Assembly (NCBI GenBank): GCA_944354535.1 | Contig: CALVPY010000009.1 | Span: 1,599 to 65,598 of the forward strand | Direction of reading: 5' to 3' | Source of the DNA: an uncultured Clostridia bacterium | GTDB taxonomy: Bacteria > Bacillota > Clostridia > Christensenellales > Borkfalkiaceae | DNA length: 64,000 nucleotides | Shown here: positions 28,805 to 37,027 of the stretch, piece after piece | Numbering within the stretch: the first letter of the stretch is position 1 | How the letters are laid out: each line of letters starts with the position of its first letter | The notes under the pieces: model-generated | The model's input: only the letters and a program-made list of their open reading frames with translations | Database searches by the model: none | What the model was told of the DNA's origin: nothing | Made by a program: the position numbers and the translations under genes

Positions 28805-29850
28805 TGTATCAAAGCTTCCGCCCCGGCGAGGAGTGGCTGGATACGAACGGCAACCCCATCCAGCCGCACGGCGGTTCGGTGTTCTTTGAAAACGGCACCT
28901 ACTATTGGTACGGCGAAAACAAGCAATTCACCGACGGCAAGAACGGCGTCTGGACGTGGGGCGTCCGCTGCTATTCCTCGCAGGACCTTTACAATTGGAA
29001 AGACGAAGGCCTCATCATCCCGCCCGACGAAAAGGACGAAACTTCGCCTTTGCACCCGACGGCGATGCTCGACCGCCCGCACATCCTCTACAACGGTAAG
29101 ACGAAAAAATACGTCTGCTGGTGCAAGATCATGCAGAAAAACGGCGAGCAGACGGAGACCGTCTTAACTTCCGACCGCCTCTTAGGCCCGTACGCCATCC
29201 AAAAGACGGGTTTCAAGCCCCTCGGCATGAGCGCGGGCGACTTCGACCTCGCCCTCGCCCCCGACGGCAAGGGCTATTACTTCTTCGAGCGCGTGCATTC
29301 GGAGACCATCATCGCCGATCTTACCGACGACTACTGCGATGTGACGGGGTACTATTCGACGCACTTCCCTCACGCGGGCCCGCCCTATGTCAGAGAGGCG
29401 ACCGCCCATTTTATGAGGAACCATAAGCACTATCTTTTGACTTCGGGCACGACGGGCTACTTCCCAAACCCGTCGGAAGCCGCCGTCGCCGAGACCTGGC
29501 ACGGCCCTTATCGTGTGCTCGGCGATCCCCATCGGGGGGATGAGAGCCGCACTTCCTTCCATTCGCAGATCTCCTGCGTCTTCCGCGTGCAGGGCACCGA
29601 TCTATTTATCGCGATGGCAGACAGATGGCTTCCCGGCTGCACCTACGCCTACGAGGACTATAAAAAAGCCTTTGAGCGCCGCTTCATTTGGGGCAAGCCG
29701 CCCCTTCCCGAAGAGGAGAAGTACTTTTCCGACGCCGCCGCAAACACCTCGCGCTCGCGCTACGTCTGGCTCCCCATCCGCTTCGAGGGGGATGCTCCCG
29801 TCATCGAATGGCATGATGAGTGGCGTCTCTCCGACTTCACCTCATTATAG
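28804..29850 (+). CDS. glycoside hydrolase family 43 (paralog of 3959-5014)
   Basis: The ATG at 28804 overlaps the GH78 stop by 1 nt (TGATG). It has WLDTNGNPIQPHGGSVFFENGTYYWYGENK. No signal peptide. Confidence 0.8.
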   Translation: MYQSFRPGEEWLDTNGNPIQPHGGSVFFENGTYYWYGENKQFTDGKNGVWTWGVRCYSSQDLYNWKDEGLIIPPDEKDETSPLHPTAMLDRPHILYNGKTKKYVCWCKIMQKNGEQTETVLTSDRLLGPYAIQKTGFKPLGMSAGDFDLALAPDGKGYYFFERVHSETIIADLTDDYCDVTGYYSTHFPHAGPPYVREATAHFMRNHKHYLLTSGTTGYFPNPSEAAVAETWHGPYRVLGDPHRGDESRTSFHSQISCVFRVQGTDLFIAMADRWLPGCTYAYEDYKKAFERRFIWGKPPLPEEEKYFSDAAANTSRSRYVWLPIRFEGDAPVIEWHDEWRLSDFTSL

Positions 29851-29919
29851 CCTCCTCTTCGGGGAGGTGTCGCGGCATCCGAAGCTTGCTTCAGTGCCGT
29901 GACGGAGGGAGTAAATTCC
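29851..29919 (+). repeat. composite hairpin (REP-like) intergenic element, copy A
   Basis: It consists of CCTCCtcttcgGGGAGG, then CCGAAGCttGCTTCAG, then GTGACGGAGGGAGTAA. It is ~80% identical over ~68 nt to 36780-36848. Confidence 0.6.
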
Positions 29920-30000
29920 ATTCTTTCTGCCTCGTCTCGGGCGCGACTGCTTTCCAAATATCACATCTCCCGACTTCATTTTAAGGTATCCACATATCCC

Positions 30001-32463
30001 ATGAAACCCTACTTAAACCCCGCATTATCCCCCCGCGAACGCGCGGAGGACCTTCTCAAAGACCTCACCCTCGACGAAAAGATGGCGCAGGTCAACTGCT
30101 ATATGTTCGCCCGCGAAGAGGACCTCGAGCGCCGTCATCAGTGCCTCACGCACGGCATCGGCGTCGTCTCGACGCTCGAATTCCGCGGCGTGCCCCAAAA
30201 GGACTGCATCGCCCGCCGCAACGACATCCAGAAGGAAGTCATCGAGCACTCTCCCCATCAAATCCCCGCCATCTTCCACATGGAAGGGCTGTGCGGTCTG
30301 CTCTTTTCCGATGCCTCCTGCTTCCCGTCGGGCATGGCGCGCGGCGCGTCCTTCGACTGCGAGCTCGAATACGCCATCGGCAAAACGGTGGGGGATGAGG
30401 CGGCTCAGATGGGTATCTCGCACGTCTTTGCGCCCGTTTTGGACGTCACCCGCGATGCGCGCTTCGGCCGCAGCTACGAAAGCTACGGTGAGGACGAAAC
30501 GCTCGTCACCCGCATGGGCGTTAGTTACGCCCTCGGCGTGCAGGCAAACGAGGGCCGCCCCGTCCATATCGAAGGCGTCGCCAAACACTTTTTAGGCTTC
30601 CACCGCGGCGCGGGCGGCGAGCACGGCTCCGACTGCACGATCGGCGAGAGGGAGCTTCGCGAAGTGTACGCAAAGCCCTTTGAAGCCTGCTTCCGTTTGG
30701 CCGACCTCAAGGGCGTTATGCCCTGCTATAATATTCTCAACGGCGAGCTCGTCTCCCTCTCCGCGCGGTACGAAACAAAACTCCTTCGCGAAGAACTCGG
30801 CTTTCAAGGCGTCGCCGTCTCCGACTACTGCGCCGTCATGAACAGCGTCACCTGCAATCATGTGGCGGCGAGCCCCGTCGAAGCAGGCCTTCGCGCCATG
30901 AAGGCGGGCATGGACGTCGAACAGCAGTTCCCTTACGGCTTCGGCGAAGACCTCAAAGCGAAATTTTTATCGGGCGAAGCGGACATCGCAATCCTCGATC
31001 GCGCCGTCCTGCGTGTCCTCGAAGCCAAGTTCCGCATGGGGCTCTTCGAACATCCCTATATCGACGAGAAGGACGTTACGCCCGCCAAGGGCGACGCGCT
31101 CTCCCGCCGCTCCGCGCTCGAGAGCATGGTGCTCCTCAAAAATGACGGCCTCCTGCCTATCAAGCCCGTCAAAAAGATCGCCGTCATCGGCTATCACGCC
31201 TCCACGGCGCGCGGCTATTTCGGCGGCTACACCAACTTCAGCATGTACGAAGGCGCGCTCGGCGATAAGAACACCATGGCAGGCCTCGTTGCGGAAGGCG
31301 GCGCCGATCCCACTTACCCCGGCACCACCGTCTACCGCGAGGACGCCTATCGGGACGTTTACGAAGCCGCCCTTCATCAGGCATTCCCCGCGATCCGCAC
31401 CCTCCCCGAAGCGCTTAAAGCCCGCTTCCCCGAAAGCGAAATTACTTTCGCCTACGGCTACGATTTTGCAGGCACGGACGAAAGCGGTTTCGAAGAAGCG
31501 CTCACAGCGATCGAGGGGGCGGACGTCGCCATCCTCACGCTCGGCGGCAAATGCGGCACGGGCGCGCGCTGTTCGATGGGGGAGAACGTCAATTCCACAT
31601 CCATCGGGCTCCCGCCCGCGCAGGAGCAGTTCCTCCGCCGCGCGGCCATGCTCAAAAAGCCCCTCATCGGCGTGCATTTCGACGGGCGTCCCATCTCTTC
31701 GGACGCCGCCGACGAGTGCCTTTCCGCCATCCTCGAATGCTGGAACCCTTCGCAGTTCGGCTCCGAGGCGGCAGTCGCGCTGCTTGCGGGCGACGAAACG
31801 CCGAGCGGCAAACTCCCCGTCACGGTCGCACGGAACGCAGGTCAGCTGCCTCTCTACTATTCTCAGCCCTACGGCTCGGGGTATCGGCCCAATGAGTTCT
31901 ACAAAGACAGCGTCTATATCGACAGCTCCACCCGCCCGCGCTATGAGTTCGGCTTCGGCATGAGCTTCACGTCGTTCGAGTACTCCGATCTTTCGCTCGA
32001 CAAAGAGGCGCTCTCCGCAGAGGACACCCTCACGCTCTCCTTCACCCTCAAAAACACGGGCAAAAGGGAGGGCACGGAAGTTGCACAGCTCTATCTTTCC
32101 GACCCTGCCGCGACGGTCGCCCGTCCCGCAAAACAGCTTTTGGGCTTTGCGCGCGTCCCGCTCAAAGCGGGGGAGGAGCGGCGCGTCACCTTCTCCGTTC
32201 CTGCCACCCTCTTTGCCTTCCTCGATGAAGACATGAAGTGGAAAGTGGAGAAGGGGGAAGTGCAGCTTCTCGTCGGTGCCTCTTCGGAGGACATCCGCCT
32301 CACGGCATCCCTCTCCGTCAAAGAAGACGCCTACATCGACCCCTCCACCCGCGCCTTCTTCGCGGAAGTGAAACAAGGCTGCCCGCCGTCAGGATCGTTT
32401 TCCCGAGAGGCGCGAGCCGATATAAGGAGATATAAAAATGTATACGGAAAAAAGAAATTCTGA
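30001..32463 (+). CDS. glycoside hydrolase family 3 (beta-glucosidase/xylosidase-like)
   Basis: The ATG at 30001 gives the typical GH3 start MKPYLNPALSPRERAEDLLKDLTLDEKMAQV. It has KHFLGF and the nucleophile context AVSDYCAV. No signal peptide. Confidence 0.9.
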   Translation: MKPYLNPALSPRERAEDLLKDLTLDEKMAQVNCYMFAREEDLERRHQCLTHGIGVVSTLEFRGVPQKDCIARRNDIQKEVIEHSPHQIPAIFHMEGLCGLLFSDASCFPSGMARGASFDCELEYAIGKTVGDEAAQMGISHVFAPVLDVTRDARFGRSYESYGEDETLVTRMGVSYALGVQANEGRPVHIEGVAKHFLGFHRGAGGEHGSDCTIGERELREVYAKPFEACFRLADLKGVMPCYNILNGELVSLSARYETKLLREELGFQGVAVSDYCAVMNSVTCNHVAASPVEAGLRAMKAGMDVEQQFPYGFGEDLKAKFLSGEADIAILDRAVLRVLEAKFRMGLFEHPYIDEKDVTPAKGDALSRRSALESMVLLKNDGLLPIKPVKKIAVIGYHASTARGYFGGYTNFSMYEGALGDKNTMAGLVAEGGADPTYPGTTVYREDAYRDVYEAALHQAFPAIRTLPEALKARFPESEITFAYGYDFAGTDESGFEEALTAIEGADVAILTLGGKCGTGARCSMGENVNSTSIGLPPAQEQFLRRAAMLKKPLIGVHFDGRPISSDAADECLSAILECWNPSQFGSEAAVALLAGDETPSGKLPVTVARNAGQLPLYYSQPYGSGYRPNEFYKDSVYIDSSTRPRYEFGFGMSFTSFEYSDLSLDKEALSAEDTLTLSFTLKNTGKREGTEVAQLYLSDPAATVARPAKQLLGFARVPLKAGEERRVTFSVPATLFAFLDEDMKWKVEKGEVQLLVGASSEDIRLTASLSVKEDAYIDPSTRAFFAEVKQGCPPSGSFSREARADIRRYKNVYGKKKF

Positions 32464-33703
32464 GATTTCCAATCAGGAAAAACTGCGCGCGGGGGTCGTC
32501 GGTCTCGGGATGATCGGCGGCGGTATCGCGGAAAGCCTCATTACGAGCGGTTATCTTCCTGCTGTCTATGATGTGCGTCGCGAGAGCATGGAACCCTTCG
32601 CAGGGCGCGCCCGTCTCGCTTCCTCCGCCAAAGAGGTCGCCGCGCTCTCCGAAGTCGTCATGATCTGCGTCGTCAATGCGGCGCAGGCAGAGAGCGTACT
32701 CACGGGCGGGGACGGCGTGCTTTCGGCGGGGAAGAGGGGGCTCATCGTCTGCCTCGTCTCCACCGTCTCCCGCCGCGACGTGCTCCGCCTCGGCGCACTT
32801 TGTGAGGAAGCGGGCGCTTCTCTCATCGACTGCGGCGTTTCGCCCGGTTATCTTGCCGCAAGGAACGGCATGATCGCCATGGCGGGCGGCGGCGACGAAG
32901 CGCTCGAGCGTGCGGAGAGCGTGCTCTCGGGCTGGTCGAAAGAGGTCATCCGCTGCGGCGGCGCGGGGGCGGGGATGGCGGTCAAGCTTGCCCGCAACGT
33001 CTTCACTTTCGGTTGCTGGCGCGTCGCCAAAGAGGCGCAGCACCTCGTCGAAGCGTCGGGCGGCGATCCGCATAAGCTGCTTCGCGCCATCGAAGCCTCC
33101 GACCCCGAGGGGGAACTTCCCCTCGATAAGCTGCGCCGCGCGGGCAAAGACGGAAAGATCCCTCCCGAGGTCGCCGAAAAGAATTATCCTCTGATGGTAA
33201 AGGACCTCGATGCCGCGCTCGACCTTGCCGAAGAGACGGACGTCTCCATGCCGGCGGCGCTCGCCGCCAGGGAGTTCGCCGAAGATACGCTCGACTTTCC
33301 CCGGCCCGAAGAGGATGCTTCGGCGCGCGGGATCGCCGCGGCGGACAGGGTCTACCGCGGCATGGGCGCGCATCTTGCCTCGCGCGCAGAGAACGCCTAT
33401 GTTGGCGAGACGTTGAAAAACGTCTTCGGCGGCGTATGGTCGCGCGGAGGGCTTTCGCTCTCCTCCCGCCGGCTGCTCGTGATGGGCGTGGCGGCGGCGC
33501 AGGGGAGGGCAGACCTCATCCGCACGCAGGCGCTGGGCGCCCTGCAGAACGGGGAGCTCACCGAGAGTGCCCTGCAGGAGGCCGTGCTGCAGCTTTCTTA
33601 CTATGCGGGCTGGTGTAACGGGGGCGCGGTCGCCCGCGGCGTCTCCGAAGCGATCGCCGCCTTTCATCGGGAACGCGGGCTAAATGATCCCGCTCAGAAG
33701 TAA
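32438..33703 (+). CDS. fusion protein: NAD-binding beta-hydroxyacid dehydrogenase (HIBADH/6PGDH-like) N-domain + carboxymuconolactone decarboxylase (CMD/AhpD-like) C-domain
   Basis: RBS AAGGAGA lies 8 nt upstream. The Rossmann motif is AGVVGLGMIGGGIAESL. The C-terminal ~110 aa (SRRLLVMGVAAAQGRADLIRTQ...VLQLSYYAGWCNG) resembles CMD-family helices. Confidence 0.65.
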   Translation: MYTEKRNSEISNQEKLRAGVVGLGMIGGGIAESLITSGYLPAVYDVRRESMEPFAGRARLASSAKEVAALSEVVMICVVNAAQAESVLTGGDGVLSAGKRGLIVCLVSTVSRRDVLRLGALCEEAGASLIDCGVSPGYLAARNGMIAMAGGGDEALERAESVLSGWSKEVIRCGGAGAGMAVKLARNVFTFGCWRVAKEAQHLVEASGGDPHKLLRAIEASDPEGELPLDKLRRAGKDGKIPPEVAEKNYPLMVKDLDAALDLAEETDVSMPAALAAREFAEDTLDFPRPEEDASARGIAAADRVYRGMGAHLASRAENAYVGETLKNVFGGVWSRGGLSLSSRRLLVMGVAAAQGRADLIRTQALGALQNGELTESALQEAVLQLSYYAGWCNGGAVARGVSEAIAAFHRERGLNDPAQK

Positions 33704-33738
33704 CGCTCTGCCTGGTTCCCTGACCCTTTGCTCATTTC

Positions 33739-33767
33739 TTGACAATTCCCCCGCATTTTGCTAAAAT
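33739..33767 (+). promoter_or_regulatory. sigma-70-type promoter P1 (inside duplicated cassette 33703-33784)
   Basis: TTGACA (33739-33744), 17 nt, TAAAAT (33762-33767), with extended -10 TGC. Confidence 0.65.
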
Positions 33768-33831
33768 GATGAAAAATATACTGCCCGCCCGTCGCCCCGC
33801 GGCGCAAGAAAAAACCGTCAAGGAGGTTTCC

Positions 33832-35634
33832 ATGAAATACATTTCAGTCCCGCTCGATCTCGAGTACCGTTATTCCTTTATCCGCCGCGACGGCCGCATC
33901 ACGCTGAGCCGTGAAGCCGCCGATCCTTCCGCCGTGTTCTGGCGCGGGAAGTACTACATCTTCCCCTCTATGAGCAAGGGCTGCTATGTGAGCGAAGACC
34001 TTTCACATTGGGAGTTTCTTTCCCTCAAGGGCCTTCCCTTCTATGATTATGCGCCCGACGTGTGCGTACACGGGGAATATCTCTATCTCTGCGCCTCCAA
34101 ACGCGATGCCGTCTGCAATTTCTATCGCAGCAAGACCTTCCCCGAAGGGGAGTTTGAAGAGATCGAGGGCAGCTTCCCCTTTTGGGATCCCAACCTCTTC
34201 TTCGATGACGACGGAAAAGTGTACCTCTTTTGGGGGTGTTCCAATCTGACCCCCGTCTACGGCGTGGAGCTCGACGAAAATACCATGCGCCCCAAGGGGG
34301 AGCCGGCCGTGCTTCTCGAGGGCAGGCATCGCGTCATCGGCTACGAGCGCCTCGGCGAAGATCACTTCTTCGACCCCGAAACGAGCGCCACCCTGAAAAT
34401 GCTCAAAGACAAGCTCTCCCCGATGCTGAAAAAGCCCGCCTCCGAGCTGACCAAAGAGGACGTGATGAAGACGCTGCCGCCCGAACAGCAGGAAGTCTTG
34501 AAAAAGATACTTTTGGACAGCCCCTACATGGAGGGCGCTTGGATGACCAAATACAAGGGGAAGTATTATCTCCAATACGCCGCCCCCGGCACCGAGTTCA
34601 ACATTTATGGCGACGGCGTCTATGTCGCCGATTCGCCTCTCGGGCCCTATACGCTCGCGGAGAACGCGCCCTATTCCTATCACCCGGGCGGCTTTATTAC
34701 GGGCGCAGGTCACGGCAGCACCTTCCGCGGAGAGGGCGCGCTCTGGCACACGTCCACCGCGCGCATTTCGCGCACGCATTTCTTCGAACGCCGCCTCGGG
34801 CTCTGGAAGGCGGGATTCGATGAGGACGACGAGCTTTACTGCGATCAGCGCTTCGGCGATTGGGTACACGCCGTGGAGGACGCTCCCTTCAAAGCGCCCC
34901 GCTGGATGCTCCTTTCCTATCAGAAGCCCTGCACCGTCTCTTCCTCGCCCGAGGATGCAAAGAACATCACCGACGAAAACATCCGCACCCTCTGGCAGTC
35001 TGAGGAGCGGAAAGGCACCGTCATCCTCGATCTTGAAAAGGTCTGCACGGTGCATGCCGTGCAGCTCAACTTCGGCGACAATTTCGGCTCCGTCTCCCTT
35101 CCTTCGCGCGGCGAAGAGGAGATGAAGGCACACGGCCGCTACATCGACGACGAGAAGTTCCCGCTCCGCTGGTATCTCGAATATTCCGAGGACGGCGCCC
35201 AATGGCAGATGTGGGAGGACCACCGCTCGGCAGAGGACGACCGCGCGCATCCGCTCCTCGTCAACGAGGAGGGCATCTCACTCCGCTATCTGCGCCTCAC
35301 CGTCACCGAGATGCCCTACGGCCAGAATGCCTGTGTCTCGGGCATCCGCGTGTTCGGCGTTTCCGACTGTCCCGCGCCCGCGCCTGCAAGCAATGTCAGG
35401 CTCTCGCTCGAAGAGGACGGCGAAGGCTTCTTTGCCGAATGGCAGGGGAACGCCGTGGGCTACAACGTCCTCTGGGGACACGCGCCCGAAAAGCTCTATC
35501 ATTGTTATCAGGTGTTAGGAACGACCACGGCAAACGTCCGCGCCCTCGTCAAGGGTCGGCCGTGCTATGTGCGCATCGACGCCTTCGGCGAAGGCGGCGT
35601 CACGGAAGGGGAGACGCTCTGCCTGGTTCCCTGA
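33832..35634 (+). CDS. glycoside hydrolase family 43 with C-terminal discoidin (F5/8 type C, CBM32-like) domain
   Basis: AAGGAGG lies 6 nt before the ATG at 33832. The N-terminal half is a five-bladed propeller type (AADPSAVFWRGKYYIFPS, FWDPNLFFDDDGKVYLFWG). The region NITDENIRTLWQSEE...VHAVQLNF is discoidin-like. No signal peptide. Confidence 0.8.
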   Translation: MKYISVPLDLEYRYSFIRRDGRITLSREAADPSAVFWRGKYYIFPSMSKGCYVSEDLSHWEFLSLKGLPFYDYAPDVCVHGEYLYLCASKRDAVCNFYRSKTFPEGEFEEIEGSFPFWDPNLFFDDDGKVYLFWGCSNLTPVYGVELDENTMRPKGEPAVLLEGRHRVIGYERLGEDHFFDPETSATLKMLKDKLSPMLKKPASELTKEDVMKTLPPEQQEVLKKILLDSPYMEGAWMTKYKGKYYLQYAAPGTEFNIYGDGVYVADSPLGPYTLAENAPYSYHPGGFITGAGHGSTFRGEGALWHTSTARISRTHFFERRLGLWKAGFDEDDELYCDQRFGDWVHAVEDAPFKAPRWMLLSYQKPCTVSSSPEDAKNITDENIRTLWQSEERKGTVILDLEKVCTVHAVQLNFGDNFGSVSLPSRGEEEMKAHGRYIDDEKFPLRWYLEYSEDGAQWQMWEDHRSAEDDRAHPLLVNEEGISLRYLRLTVTEMPYGQNACVSGIRVFGVSDCPAPAPASNVRLSLEEDGEGFFAEWQGNAVGYNVLWGHAPEKLYHCYQVLGTTTANVRALVKGRPCYVRIDAFGEGGVTEGETLCLVP

Positions 35635-35648
35635 CCTTTGCCCATTCC

Positions 35649-35677
35649 TTGACAATTTTGCCCTGATTTGGTAAAAT
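35649..35677 (+). promoter_or_regulatory. sigma-70-type promoter P2 (inside duplicated cassette 35614-35694)
   Basis: TTGACA (35649-35654), 17 nt, TAAAAT (35672-35677), with extended -10 TGG. Confidence 0.65.
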
Positions 35678-35722
35678 GATAAAAAATATGCTGCGTACAT
35701 CGCTGCATATCAGGAGAAAACT

Positions 35723-36703
35723 ATGAACGTTGTCACCATCGGCGAACTCATGCTGCGGCTCACCCCGCCCCGCCACGAACGCTTCGTGCAGGCAGAAAGC
35801 TTCGAAGCCGTCTACGGCGGGGGAGAGGCCAATACTGCAGTCAGTCTTTCCTGTCTCGGCGATCAGGCAGTCTTTGTCACCAAACTTCCCGCGCACGCCG
35901 TCGGACAGGCGGCGGTGGACGCCCTCCGCCGCTACGGGGTGGATACCCGCCACATCGTCCGCGGGGGCGAGCGCATCGGCATCTATTTCATGGAGCGCGG
36001 GGCAGACCGCCGCCCCTCGGATATCATCTACGACCGCGCCCATTCCGCCTTTGCGGAGAGCTCGGAAGAAGAGTACGACTGGTCCGCGATCTTTGCGCAT
36101 GCCGATTGGCTGCATTTGACGGGCATCACGCCCGCCCTCGGCAAGAGCGCGGCTGCTCTCGCCCTCCGCGCCATCCACGAGGCAAAGAAGCGGAATATCC
36201 CCGTCTCCTTCGACGTCAACTACCGCGCCAAACTCTGGAGCGAGGAAGAAGCCCGCCCCGTCTTAACGTCTTTTGCGGCGCTTTCCGACGTCATCATCAC
36301 CAACGTCACGCAGGCGAAGGAGCTTTTCCTTCTCGAAGGGGGGGACGACGAAGCCCTCGCCGCCGCGGTCAGGGAGAAGTACGGCTGCAAAAAGGTTGCC
36401 TTCACCTTCCGCCGCACGCTGAACGCGGAGCGCAACGTCATTTCGGCGGCGCTCTTCGACGGCGAAGCGCTCTTCCGCGCCCCCGAGTACGAGATGCACA
36501 TGATCGACCGCATCGGCGGGGGAGACGCCTTCTCGGCGGGGCTCATCCACGCCCTCGGCAAGGGCATGAAGGCAGAAGAGGCGGTGTGCTTTGCGGAGGC
36601 TGCAAGCTGCTTAAAGCACAGTGTCGAAGGGGATATGAACCTCGTCACGGAAGGAGAGGTATTATCTCTCATGCACAGCTCCTCCCCCCGCGTCTTGCGC
36701 TAA
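35723..36703 (+). CDS. kdgK: 2-dehydro-3-deoxygluconokinase (PfkB family)
   Basis: The start MNVVTIGELMLRLTPP is KdgK-like, and GGGEANTAV is present. The PfkB C-terminal signature is DRIGGGDAFSAGLIHAL. Confidence 0.85.
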   Translation: MNVVTIGELMLRLTPPRHERFVQAESFEAVYGGGEANTAVSLSCLGDQAVFVTKLPAHAVGQAAVDALRRYGVDTRHIVRGGERIGIYFMERGADRRPSDIIYDRAHSAFAESSEEEYDWSAIFAHADWLHLTGITPALGKSAAALALRAIHEAKKRNIPVSFDVNYRAKLWSEEEARPVLTSFAALSDVIITNVTQAKELFLLEGGDDEALAAAVREKYGCKKVAFTFRRTLNAERNVISAALFDGEALFRAPEYEMHMIDRIGGGDAFSAGLIHALGKGMKAEEAVCFAEAASCLKHSVEGDMNLVTEGEVLSLMHSSSPRVLR

Positions 36704-36722
36704 GGAAGACCTCTCTCCCTTG

Positions 36723-36925
36723 CCTCCCTCTTTGAGGGAGGTGTCTGCGAAGCAGACGGAAGGAGTCACCTCATTTGAGGCTCCTCTTTGGGGAGCTGGC
36801 ATTCCGTCCGAAGCTTGCTTCGGTGCCGTGACGGAGGGAGTAATTGCCGGAGTTTCGCAACTTCCCTTGGCTCCCTCCCTGAGGGAGCTGTCGAGCGCAG
36901 CGAGACTGAAGGAGTCGCCTTATTG
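36723..36925 (+). repeat. three tandem composite hairpin (REP-like) units
   Basis: Units lie at about 36723-36779, 36780-36869 and 36870-36925. Each has hairpin 1 (CCTCCCTCtttGAGGGAGG / GCTCCtctttgGGGAGC / GCTCCCTccctGAGGGAGC), then hairpin 2 (TCTGCgaaGCAGA / CCGAAGCttGCTTCGG), then a GGA(A/G)GGAGT tail. Confidence 0.6.
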
Positions 36926-37027
36926 TAGAAAGCAAGGAATACGATACCGCGTTCCTCTCCACCGCGCAAGACGGTGTCTTGCCGAATGCAAGCCGAAAAG
37001 AGCAAACACATCGAAAAGGTGTATCCC

